Below, piece after piece: positions 15,442 through 23,935 of a stretch of DNA of 32,000 bases. The notes beneath the pieces are model-generated. The model searched no databases, was not told the DNA's origin, and saw nothing but the letters and a program-made list of their open reading frames with translations. This stretch comes from an uncultured Pseudomonadota bacterium. GTDB lineage: Bacteria; Pseudomonadota; Alphaproteobacteria; Rhizobiales; Xanthobacteraceae. Position numbers and translations under genes: made by a program. Location: contig CAVZAR010000002.1 in the NCBI GenBank assembly GCA_963773305.1, positions 20,334 to 52,333 on the forward strand. Reading direction: 5' to 3'. Position 1 is the first letter of the stretch, and every line of letters begins with the position of its first letter.

Positions 15442-16344
15442 TTACGCCATCAATGCGCGCGCGCCCCTCGGCCAGGAGCCCGCTGACATCGATCCCGTTG
15501 GTTTCGTGCGCGATTGAGTTGGTGGTGACGACGCGGGCGGCGCCGGCTGCCCTCATTTCCGCAAGCGCGTTGCCGGCGAAGATGCCGTGCACGCCGATGC
15601 ACACCGGCGGAGCCAGACTTTTATCTTTCAGGTGTTTCAGCGTCTCGACCATGGTCTGCCCGCTGGAGATGATGTCGTCGACCAGTACCGGCGTGCGCCC
15701 GCACCACTGTGCAAGGTCGGGCATCGCCACCTCGACATCGCGGTCGCCGCGGCGGACTCTTGCGCAGCACGATGTGCGCCGCACCTGCGCCACGCGCCAC
15801 GGCTGCCACCCATTGCTCGCTTTCCCGGTCCGGCCCGATCAGCAGCGGGCTTGTCGACGTTGTCGCTGATCCATTGCGCGATCAGCGGCGCCGCATGCAG
15901 CGCGCGCGTCGGCACGCTGTAGATCTCGTCGAGCGAGGCGCGTCGGTGCAGATGCGGATCGACGGTGATCAGCCAATCGACTTCGCCCGACACGATGCGG
16001 GCGAAAGTGGCGGAGGAAATCGCCTCGCCCGGCTGGAAGCGGTGGTCCTGCCGCATATAGGCGAGATAAGGCGCAATGAGACCGACGCGGCGCGCCTGCA
16101 AGTCGCGCGCGGCCGCGGCGGCGAACAGCAGCGCCGGCAGCTTGTCGTCCGGCCGGTCGAGCGTGCACAGCAGCGCGACGTCGCGGCCGGCAACCGGCGT
16201 GTCATAGCGCCAATAGGTTTCGCCGTCGGGAAAGCGGCGCATCGTGGCCTTACCGGCTTCGGCGCGCAGCAGCGGCACGAGCAACGACGCCATTTGCTCA
16301 TTGCCGGGCAAGGCGAATAGCAAGGGCGTCATGGAAGCCGTCAT
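15442..16344 (-). pseudogene. Ribose-phosphate pyrophosphokinase (Prs)-like gene interrupted by 2 clear and 1 probable +1 frameshifts
   Basis: The coherent Prs-like sequence must be read across three frames. Frame 1 runs MTASMTPLLFALPGNE...AQWISDNVDKP. Frame 2 runs LLIGPDRESEQWVAAVARGAGAAHIVLRKS. Frame 3 runs RRGDRDVEVAMPDLAQWCGRTPVLVDDIISSGQTMVE...TNGIDVSGLLAE. Returning to the first frame then gives a stop TAA at 15442-15444. The switch points lie in G/C runs near 15847-15849, 15751-15756 and 15455-15467. Confidence 0.7.
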
Positions 16345-17885
16345 GGCGCGGTCACGATATAGATGTCGGGATTGGCCAGCGCGTATTCCAGCGCATAGTC
16401 CAGTTCGCCCGGCGTCTCGGCGTGGATGGTATAAAGCGGATGGCCCGGCTCGATCTCCTCGCCCAGCGTCACATGCAGTTCAACGCCCGCCGCCTTGTCG
16501 TCGGGCGCGCCGGCAAGCTTGGCGACGCGGGCAAGCCGCCGATTGTCGACCGCGGCGACGAGACCGGCGTGGCTGGCCTGGATGAGGTGACGGTGGTGCG
16601 AAACCGGCGGCGTGCGCAGGCCGCCTTGCGCTTCGCATATACGGCGGAATTTGGTGGCGGCCGCACCGCTGCTCAGCGTCTTCTCCGCGAGCGCAAGGCC
16701 TTCGCCCGCCGGCGACTTGTCGGCCAACTCCAGCAGCGTGCCGGCGAGCAGCACGGCGCGCTCGCGCAGGTCGTGCGGCGCGTCTGCCGCGTTGTCGAGC
16801 ACCGCCAGCACGTCGCGCGCCTCCAGCGCCGGGCCGATGCCGCGGCCGACCGGCTGGGTGCCGTCGGTAAAGACGGGCTTGGCGTGCAGGCCGAAGGCCT
16901 CCGCCACCTCGATCAGCCCTTGAGCGATCGAATGCGCGTCCTCGACGTTGCGCACCTTGGCGGTGGGCCCGACCGGCACGTCGAGCACGACATGGCTGGA
17001 TCCGGCGGCGATCTTCTTCGATAGCACCGAGGCGATCAGTTGCCCCTCGCTGTCGAGATCGAGCGCGCGCTCGACCGAGATCAATATGTCGTCGGCGGGG
17101 CTTAGGCGCACGGCGCCGCCCCAGGCGATGCAGCCGCCTTCGCGCTCGACCACCCGCCGCATGGTGGCAAGATCGAGATCGACCGGCGCCAGCGTCTCCA
17201 TGGTGTCGGCGGTGCCGGCCGGCGATGTAATGGCGCGCGAGGAGGTCTTCGGCATGGTCAGCCCGCAGGCCGTGACGATCGACACCACGATCGGCGTGGT
17301 GCGGTTGCCGGGCAGGCCGCCGACGCAGTGTTTGTCCACCACCGGATGCACGTCCCAGCTCAGCGTTTCGCCCACGTCCACCATGGCGCGGGTGAGCCCG
17401 ATCGCCTCGTTGCGGTCGAGCGGACGCGCCGCGCAGGCGGTGATGAACGATGAGAGTTGAATGCCGGAATAATGCCCGGAGGTGATGTCGGCGATGATGG
17501 TGGAGAGCGATTGCGCGTCCAGCCGGCGCCCGTACACCTTGCCGCGCACCATGCTGAGCGATTCGATCGGCGCCGGATGGCTTACCCGCACCTGGCCGCC
17601 GCCGTCGAGCTTAAGCCGTTTCCAGGCCGCTTCCGACAGGCCGGCCTCGTTGCGGTGCAGGATGTCGGAGCGGACGTGATAGAGCGTGGCAATGATCGAG
17701 TTGTGGCCGTTGGTCACGCGCACGCGCGCATGCGCGGCGAAACCTTCCGCGCGCACGATATGGCTGTCCTCGCGCAGGAAGATGACGGCGTCGTGCCGCG
17801 TGTCGATGCCAAGCCGGCGCGCGACCAGCGGGTTGCGCGGTTCGTCGGCGGTGTCGGTCGCGCTCGTGTCGTCGGTCGCTCTCAT
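16341..17885 (-). CDS. Thymidine-phosphorylase-family protein of the long (~510 aa) AMP-phosphorylase-like type
   Basis: DKHCVGGLPGNRTTPIVVSIVTACGLTMPKTSSRAITSPAGTADTME is the core motif of the putative thymidine phosphorylase / archaeal AMP phosphorylase group. The ATG at 17885 (MRATDD..) overlaps the upstream stop (ATGA), and the stop overlaps the prs-like start (ATGA). Confidence 0.85.
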   Translation of the reverse strand: MRATDDTSATDTADEPRNPLVARRLGIDTRHDAVIFLREDSHIVRAEGFAAHARVRVTNGHNSIIATLYHVRSDILHRNEAGLSEAAWKRLKLDGGGQVRVSHPAPIESLSMVRGKVYGRRLDAQSLSTIIADITSGHYSGIQLSSFITACAARPLDRNEAIGLTRAMVDVGETLSWDVHPVVDKHCVGGLPGNRTTPIVVSIVTACGLTMPKTSSRAITSPAGTADTMETLAPVDLDLATMRRVVEREGGCIAWGGAVRLSPADDILISVERALDLDSEGQLIASVLSKKIAAGSSHVVLDVPVGPTAKVRNVEDAHSIAQGLIEVAEAFGLHAKPVFTDGTQPVGRGIGPALEARDVLAVLDNAADAPHDLRERAVLLAGTLLELADKSPAGEGLALAEKTLSSGAAATKFRRICEAQGGLRTPPVSHHRHLIQASHAGLVAAVDNRRLARVAKLAGAPDDKAAGVELHVTLGEEIEPGHPLYTIHAETPGELDYALEYALANPDIYIVTAP

Positions 17886-19246
17886 GTCAGTTCCGCCGTG
17901 TCGCGATATTCCGGCACCGTGCAGGCCCAGCCGAGCTCTTCTTCGATGCGGTGGCGCAGCGCGTCGGCCGCCTCCGGCTCGCCATGGGTGATGAAGGTCT
18001 TCTTGGGGGCGGTACGGAAGTTGCGCAGCCAACCCATGATCTCGTCGGCGTCGGCATGGGCGGACAGCATGTGCAGATTGTCGACCTCGGCGCGCACGGG
18101 AACGTAGGACCCATGAATTTTGATCGCTTCGGCACCTTTTGTCATGGCGTCGCCGCGCGTGCCGCCGGCCTGGAAGCCGGCGAACAGGATGGTGTTGCGG
18201 GCATCCGGCGCATAGACCTTCAGATGATGCAGCACGCGGCCGCCGGTCGCCATGCCGCTCGCCGAAATGATGACCTTGGGCGTGCGATCGCTGTCGATCG
18301 CCTTGGACTCCTCGACGCTTGTTGTGAAGCGCGCCACCGCGCAGACAGCGCGCGCCTCGCTCTTGCTCAGCTTTTCCTCGTCGGCGTGCTTGACGAACAG
18401 TTCGCTCGCTTCGATCGCCATCGGACTGTCGAGGAAGATCGGGATTTCCGGAATGCGCTTTTGCTGCTTGAGCCGGCGCAGATGGTACATCAAGAGCTGC
18501 GAGCGGCCGACCGCGAAGGAGGGGATCACCACCGTGCCGCCACGCCCGGCGGTCCGGTTGATGATGTCGGCCAGCACCTCTTCCGGGTCCCGCGCCTCGT
18601 GCTTGCGGTTACCGTAGGTCGACTCGATCAGCAGATAGTCGGTCTGCCGGATTGGGGTGGGATCGATCACGATGGCGCTGTGGGGGCGGCCGAGATCGCC
18701 GGAGAACACCACCTTGGTGCCGCCGCAGGTGAGTTCGATCATTGCTGCGCCGAGAATGTGCCCGGCCGGCACGAAGCGGAAGCGGACCTGCGCCGACAAT
18801 TGCTTGTCCTCGTTGAAATCGAACGCGGCGAGGCGCTTGAGCGAGAATTCTGCGTCTTCCAGCGTGTAGAGCGGCAGCGCCGGATGGTGTTTGGAGAAGC
18901 CGTGGCGGTTGGCGAATTCGGCGTCCTTCTCCTGCAGGTGGCCGCTGTCCGGCAGCAGGATGGCGCACAGGTCGCGCGTGCCCGGCGTGCAGTAGATCGG
19001 CCCGCGAAAGCCGTTCTTCACGAGCAGCGGCAGATAGCCGGTATGATCGAGATGTGCATGCGTGAGGATGACGGCATCGACGCTTTTGGGATCGACCGGC
19101 AGCGGCGCCCAGTTGCGCAGGCGCAGCTGCTTGAAGCCCTGGAACAATCCGCAATCCACGAAGAAACGCTTGCCTTCCGCCTCCACCAGATATTTGGAGC
19201 CGGTGACCGTGCCGGCGGCGCCCAGGAAAGTAAGCTGTAAGCCCAT
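17882..19246 (-). CDS. MBL-fold metallo-hydrolase of the beta-CASP (RNA-metabolising) type
   Basis: MGLQLTFLGAAGTVTGSKYLVEA..., the HxHxDH motif (THAHLDHTGYLP), and beta-CASP-type C-terminal motifs (SAHAD). ATG at 19246 chosen. Confidence 0.85.
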   Translation of the reverse strand: MGLQLTFLGAAGTVTGSKYLVEAEGKRFFVDCGLFQGFKQLRLRNWAPLPVDPKSVDAVILTHAHLDHTGYLPLLVKNGFRGPIYCTPGTRDLCAILLPDSGHLQEKDAEFANRHGFSKHHPALPLYTLEDAEFSLKRLAAFDFNEDKQLSAQVRFRFVPAGHILGAAMIELTCGGTKVVFSGDLGRPHSAIVIDPTPIRQTDYLLIESTYGNRKHEARDPEEVLADIINRTAGRGGTVVIPSFAVGRSQLLMYHLRRLKQQKRIPEIPIFLDSPMAIEASELFVKHADEEKLSKSEARAVCAVARFTTSVEESKAIDSDRTPKVIISASGMATGGRVLHHLKVYAPDARNTILFAGFQAGGTRGDAMTKGAEAIKIHGSYVPVRAEVDNLHMLSAHADADEIMGWLRNFRTAPKKTFITHGEPEAADALRHRIEEELGWACTVPEYRDTAELT

Positions 19247-19348
19247 TGTGCCGCTCCGGCCGGTTGACGTTAACCGGCCGGCGCATAGGACCACCGTCGG
19301 GAACCGCGGCGTTTAACCTGGATCAAATTGCCGGGGAAACAAAGCAGC

Positions 19349-19930
19349 CTACTGGGCTTTTTGTGCGCCCGCTTCGCCGGCCGTTTCACCGGCCTCGCCG
19401 CCGGTTTGCGTCTTCTTCTGCTTGATTGCTTTGAATGCGGCCGGCGGGAAGTCGTGCATATGGGTCACGAAGGCCACCAGTGCGCGCTGTTCGTCCGCGT
19501 CGGTGTGGCCGCCGAAGGCCGGCATGCCGGTCATTTTGATGCCGTGCTTGATGACCCAGGCGACTTCGGCTGCTTCCGGCCCGTGCTCATGTCCGTGATG
19601 CTCATGCTCGGCGAGCTCGGGCGGCTTGGGATTCATGCCCTTGGCGAATTTTTTCGGCTCCACGCCGGGGCCGCCGTGGCAATCGACGCAGCCTTCCTCG
19701 ACGAATTCGTGCGCGCCCTTTGCGATCAGCGCCGGGTCGTCGAGTTTGCCGCTGGGCGCCTCGCCCGCGTGCCGCTCGATCGACGAACCGCGGACGGTCT
19801 TCAAAGACCAGTCGATGAAGCCGTTATCCGGCGCGCTGGCGGCGACGTCGTAGAAGCCGCCGTAGAAATATGCGGCGGCGGCGGCACTGGCGAGAATCGC
19901 CAATACGCCGATGGCAGCAAGAATTCGCAT
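19349..19930 (-). CDS. Membrane-anchored/secreted c-type cytochrome
   Basis: N-terminal hydrophobic signal/anchor (MRILAAIGVLAILASAAAAAY), a single CXXCH (CVDCH), and a downstream Met ligand context (IKMTGMPAFGG). Confidence 0.75.
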   Translation of the reverse strand: MRILAAIGVLAILASAAAAAYFYGGFYDVAASAPDNGFIDWSLKTVRGSSIERHAGEAPSGKLDDPALIAKGAHEFVEEGCVDCHGGPGVEPKKFAKGMNPKPPELAEHEHHGHEHGPEAAEVAWVIKHGIKMTGMPAFGGHTDADEQRALVAFVTHMHDFPPAAFKAIKQKKTQTGGEAGETAGEAGAQKAQ

Positions 19931-19971
19931 GATGACCTCGTTCGTGAGAATCTAAAAGTCAACGGCGGTAC

Positions 19972-20454
19972 TTATCGCCGGCTCTCCGAGCGGTCGAGCG
20001 GCGGCGCACGGCCGCCGTGCGTCCACGGCTGCGGCGGCGCGTGTTCGTCGATATAGGCGGCCACCAGAGCGCGCAACTGCGTCGGCATCGTCAAGCCGTC
20101 GACCATGATCGGCTTGCCGGCAGCGGCGTACGCGCGCACGGCCTCCGGCGCCGCCGTCAGCATATGCACGCGCGGCGGTGCGTGCTCCTGTGCCGCAAGT
20201 ACAACGATGACTTGCGGCACCGGCCGGCTGAGGTTCTCGCGATAGGCCGCGACCTCGTCCGGATAAAGCGTCAGCGTGCCGCCGCCGGCGAAGTAGTAGC
20301 CAGTCTCGCCCTCGCGCCACAGCGGGCTGCCGGGCGGCAGCCGCGCCGGGCCGATCGATACGCCCGACGCGCGCCAGAGACGGCTCGGCCCGTGACCGGC
20401 AACGCGACTGCGCTCGACGACGATCCCGAGCGGGATGGACAGACTGCTGTCCAT
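19972..20454 (-). CDS. Hypothetical protein, DUF3305-like
   Basis: The frame has plausible codon usage and lies immediately upstream of the cytochrome c gene on the same strand. The WREGETGYYFAGGGTLTLYPDEVAAYRENL pattern resembles DUF3305 from memory. The overlapping 19952..20557 ORF was rejected. Confidence 0.45.
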   Translation of the reverse strand: MDSSLSIPLGIVVERSRVAGHGPSRLWRASGVSIGPARLPPGSPLWREGETGYYFAGGGTLTLYPDEVAAYRENLSRPVPQVIVVLAAQEHAPPRVHMLTAAPEAVRAYAAAGKPIMVDGLTMPTQLRALVAAYIDEHAPPQPWTHGGRAPPLDRSESRR

Positions 20455-20661
20455 GGCTCAGGCTCCCCCGCGCTGCCGGGCGGCGAGCGCCTCGGCGGGC
20501 CGCGTGCGACGAATGGTATTTTGCGGCGGTATCGACTGACTGAACATGGCCGGTCATCGGAAATAACTTAGCCGGTCAAGCTTGGCCGGCGCGTCGCCTC
20601 TCGATATCAAAGCGCCGTGCGCGCGGATTGTTCCGCCCTACCGCGCTATGCGGCGCATGGT

Positions 20662-20697
20662 GAAAAATGAAAAGCCCCGGGACAGCGGTCCCGGGGC
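20662..20697 (-). terminator. Rho-independent terminator-like hairpin (orphan)
   Basis: Perfect 10-bp stem GCCCCGGGAC / GTCCCGGGGC (20674-20683 and 20688-20697) with a 4-nt loop. On the minus strand it is followed by UUUUCAUUUUUC. On the plus strand there is no U-tract. Confidence 0.6.
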
Positions 20698-20836
20698 AAG
20701 TTTGAATCGAGTCCCCAGGGGAGGGTTAGGGACCCGATACCGGAACAATTCTTAATTGCCGTCCTTGGTTCCCCGGCGCTGCCCGCGCCGGTCTGCGGCT
20801 CACGGCGCAAGGCCGCGGCGCAACGAGATGTGAAGC

Positions 20837-22090
20837 ATGAACTCCCTGTTCGACCTTTTCGCCCTTTTGCTGCTGCTGGCCGCGGCCTTCGGCTGGATCA
20901 ACACGCGCTTCCTCAAGCTGCCGAGCAATATCGGCCTGCTGCTGATGGGCGTCCTGGCCTCGGTTGCGCTTTTGGGGTTCGACCTGGTCTTTCCCGGCGC
21001 CGCGCTGGTAGCCGAGGTCGGCGATATCCTGCGGCGGATCGACTTCTACGACGCGGTGATGAACGGCATGCTTGCCTTCCTGCTCTTCGCCGGCGGCCTG
21101 CATGTCGACTGGCGGGCGCTGAAGAAGCGCGTCGGCACCGTGGCGACGCTGGCGACCGTCGGCGTGGCGATCTCCACCATCATCATCGGCTTCGGCTTCT
21201 GGGGGCTGGCGCATCTGCTGGGGCTTGGCCTTTCGCTTCCCTGGGCGCTGGTGTTCGGCGCCCTGATCAGCCCGACCGACCCGGTTGCCGTGCTCAGCCT
21301 GCTCAAGTCGGCGCGGGTGCCGCAGCTCCTTGAAATCGAGATGGCGGGCGAATCGCTGTTCAACGACGGCGTCGGCGTCGTGCTGTTCACCATCCTGTTG
21401 GCGGTGGCGGCGAGCGGCGATCACATTTCCGTGCCCGGCGCCGTCGGCGCGTTCCTGCTGGAAGCCGTCGGCGGCGGCGTCATCGGGCTCGCGGCCGGCA
21501 CCGCCGCCTTTTATGCCATGCGCGCCATCGACGACTATGTGGTCGAGGTGTTCATCACGCTCGCGCTCGTCACCGTCACTTATGCGCTGGCGGGGCGCCT
21601 GCACACCAGCGGGCCGATCGCGGTGGTGGTGGCGGGGCTTCTGATCGGCGAGCGCGGCCAGACGCACGCCATGAGCGAGACGACGCAGCGCTATCTGTTC
21701 GGTTTCTGGACGATGATCGACGAATTGCTCAACGCCGTGCTGTTCCTGCTGATCGGGCTGGAACTGCTCGTGATCGACTACGACCTGCGCTATTCCTGGC
21801 TCGCGGTTGCCGTAATCCCTCTTTCGCTGGCGGCCCGCTTCATCTCCATCGCCGCGCCCTTGATGGTGCTGCGCGTCCGCACGCGCTTCATCAAGGGCTC
21901 CATCCCCGTGCTGGTGTGGGGCGGCGTGCGCGGCGGTATTTCCATCGCGCTCGCGCTGTCGCTGCCTTACGGTACGGAGCGGCCGGTCATTTTGACCGCG
22001 ACCTATGCGGTGGTCCTGTTCACCATCGTAGTGCAGGGCCTGACCATGCCGCGCCTGATCCGGCTGACCGTGCCGTCGGCGAAGGGGTGA
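20837..22090 (+). CDS. Na+/H+ (cation:proton) antiporter, CPA1/NhaP type
   Basis: 417 aa and polytopic. FGALISPTDPVAV and ESLFNDGVGVVLF are classic Na_H_Exchanger motifs. Confidence 0.85.
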   Translation: MNSLFDLFALLLLLAAAFGWINTRFLKLPSNIGLLLMGVLASVALLGFDLVFPGAALVAEVGDILRRIDFYDAVMNGMLAFLLFAGGLHVDWRALKKRVGTVATLATVGVAISTIIIGFGFWGLAHLLGLGLSLPWALVFGALISPTDPVAVLSLLKSARVPQLLEIEMAGESLFNDGVGVVLFTILLAVAASGDHISVPGAVGAFLLEAVGGGVIGLAAGTAAFYAMRAIDDYVVEVFITLALVTVTYALAGRLHTSGPIAVVVAGLLIGERGQTHAMSETTQRYLFGFWTMIDELLNAVLFLLIGLELLVIDYDLRYSWLAVAVIPLSLAARFISIAAPLMVLRVRTRFIKGSIPVLVWGGVRGGISIALALSLPYGTERPVILTATYAVVLFTIVVQGLTMPRLIRLTVPSAKG

Positions 22091-22094
22091 GGCG

Positions 22095-23216
22095 TCACGC
22101 CACGTCGCGGGCGGGCGCGGCGATCCGGTGGCGGCGCAGGCGCTGCTCGTCGACGGCGATGCCGAGGCCGGGGCGCTCCAGGCATTCCACCTGCCCGCGC
22201 TTCGACGCGAGCGGTTCGGCGGTCACGTCGGCGGCTAACCCTGTATGCGTGAGCGTCAGTCCCCAGGCGAGCTCCGGCATGACACAGGCCGCGTGCAGCG
22301 CGGCCGCGCAGGCGACGCTCGACTCGCCGGTCTTGCAGGACACGTTCACGGCCATGCCGAGCTCGGCGCACAGGCGCCCGGCCTCGACCAGCGCGCTTGC
22401 ACCCCCGAGCTTGATCGCCTTCAGGCTGACGCCGCGCGCGGCCTTTGCGGCGTGGTGGCGCCGGATATCGTCGAGCGAATGGATGCCTTCGTCGGCGCCG
22501 ATGGCGATCGAAGTGGCGGCTTGCACTTGCGCCATGCCGGCAAGATCGGCGGCCTCGACCGGCTGCTCGAAGAAGGCGAGTCCGGCGCCTTCCACCGCGC
22601 GCACATAACGCAGGGCCTCGTCGACGCTGTAACCCTGGTTGGCGTCGGCGGAGATGACCATTCCGGGCCCCAGCCGCTCGCAGATGGCGCGCGTGCGCGC
22701 GGCGTCCTTTTCCGGCGTGTCGATGCCGACCTTGATTTTGTAGATCGTGAAACCTTCCGCCTTCTTCTTTTCGGCATCGTGCAAATCGCCGTCGAGATCG
22801 CCGCCACCGATCACGCCGAGCAGCGGGAGCTGCGCGTGCCTGCGTTCGCCCAGCAGCGCATGCACCGGCTTGCCCGCGGCCAGCCCGGCCAGATCGTAGA
22901 GCGCGATCTCGATCGCCGCCTTGGCGCCGTGATTGCCGTAAAGGCGCCGGTCCATGGCGGCCCGCGCGCCGTCGATATCGGCGGCGTCGCGGTCGGAAAG
23001 TGCCGGCGCCATATGATCGATTGCCGCCACCATGCTGGCGAGCGTCTCGCCGGTCATCAGCGGGGCCGAGGCCGCCTCGCCCCAGCCGACGATGCCGTTA
23101 TCGGCGATGATCTTGACCAGCACATTGTCGGCGCGGCGCACTTGCTCGCCCGCCATGATCACCGGCTTGCGCATGGGCAGGCCGACGGCGATCGGCTCGA
23201 TGCTCTTTATATTCAT
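22095..23216 (-). CDS. Enolase-superfamily enzyme (mandelate racemase / muconate lactonizing enzyme family)
   Basis: N-terminal capping-domain pattern (VLVKIIADNGIVGWGEA) and barrel-domain KxK-like FTIYKIKVG. Metal-ligand contexts are ISADANQGY, FFEQPV and AIGADEG. Confidence 0.8.
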   Translation of the reverse strand: MNIKSIEPIAVGLPMRKPVIMAGEQVRRADNVLVKIIADNGIVGWGEAASAPLMTGETLASMVAAIDHMAPALSDRDAADIDGARAAMDRRLYGNHGAKAAIEIALYDLAGLAAGKPVHALLGERRHAQLPLLGVIGGGDLDGDLHDAEKKKAEGFTIYKIKVGIDTPEKDAARTRAICERLGPGMVISADANQGYSVDEALRYVRAVEGAGLAFFEQPVEAADLAGMAQVQAATSIAIGADEGIHSLDDIRRHHAAKAARGVSLKAIKLGGASALVEAGRLCAELGMAVNVSCKTGESSVACAAALHAACVMPELAWGLTLTHTGLAADVTAEPLASKRGQVECLERPGLGIAVDEQRLRRHRIAAPARDVA

Positions 23217-23286
23217 CGCCGCCTCGGATCATTTGCGCTGTGCGCCTGGCTCACAATTAGGGTAAGCTATTGCGATTATTGGAGCA

Positions 23287-23838
23287 ATGCCGCCGGTCGC
23301 CATGAACGATACGACCATACGCCAAGGCCTCTGGCACCAGACCGTGCTGGACTGCCTCAAGGCCAACGACGTCAAGCTCACGGTCTATGTGCCCGACCGC
23401 GTGCTGACGCCGCTGATCGAGGCGCTGCACGCCGATCCGTTCTTCACTTGCTTTGCCTGCACGCGCGAGGAGGAAGCGCTCGGCATCGTCTCCGGCGCCT
23501 GGATGGGGGGATTACGCGGCGCGGTGCTGATGCAGACGTCCGGCTTCGCCACCATCCCCAACGCGCTCGCTTCGCTGGTGGTGCCGAGCCAGATCCCGGC
23601 GCTGATCTTCGTGTCGGAGCGCGGCACGCTCGGCGAGTTCAATCTCGGCCAGGCTATGGTGCTGAAGACCATGCGGCCGGTGCTCGAAGCGCTTGCCGTC
23701 GATCATCACACCATCACGCGCCAGGACGAGCTCGCCTTCATCCTCGACCGCTCGATCAAGCAGGCCGTCGCGATCCAGGCGCCGGTCACCTTCATCCTGT
23801 CGCCGCTGCTGACCGGCGGCAAAGTGTTCGGAGCGTGA
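23287..23838 (+). CDS. TPP-dependent decarboxylase, alpha subunit (sulfopyruvate/phosphonopyruvate decarboxylase ComD-like)
   Basis: TPP-enzyme N-terminal pyrimidine-binding domain pattern: VYVPDRVLTPLIEAL...TREEEALGIVSGAWMGGLRGAVLMQTSGFATIPNAL. Confidence 0.75.
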   Translation: MPPVAMNDTTIRQGLWHQTVLDCLKANDVKLTVYVPDRVLTPLIEALHADPFFTCFACTREEEALGIVSGAWMGGLRGAVLMQTSGFATIPNALASLVVPSQIPALIFVSERGTLGEFNLGQAMVLKTMRPVLEALAVDHHTITRQDELAFILDRSIKQAVAIQAPVTFILSPLLTGGKVFGA

Positions 23839-23935
23839 GCCATGGCGCAGCGCATAAACGCACCCGGCGCCGGAGGCGCCCATAATGCAAAGGTCATGAA
23901 CCGCTTCGAATCTGACCAAGCGGCTGGTCGGCCAT

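Noticed and set aside
17886-18032. N-terminal extension of the thymidine-phosphorylase-like ORF, and similarly 19247..19294 for the MBL gene and 14817..15071 for the STAS-like gene
   Set aside because: The extensions overlap upstream genes or non-coding DNA and have improbable composition. The internal ATGs give N-termini typical of the families and ATGA-type gene junctions.
17951-19240. 429-aa plus-strand ORF
   Set aside because: It is antisense to the beta-CASP MBL gene, which carries the HxHxDH motif, and it is a shadow frame.
20726-21667. 313-aa minus-strand ORF and 20830..21333 plus-strand alternative frame
   Set aside because: Both overlap the Na+/H+ antiporter frame, which has canonical exchanger motifs and a hydrophobic profile. 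These are charged, low-complexity shadows.
22245-23885. 546-aa plus-strand ORF
   Set aside because: It is antisense to the enolase-superfamily gene and out of frame with the ComD-like gene. Its composition is dominated by R/A/G/D/H runs and it has no motifs.
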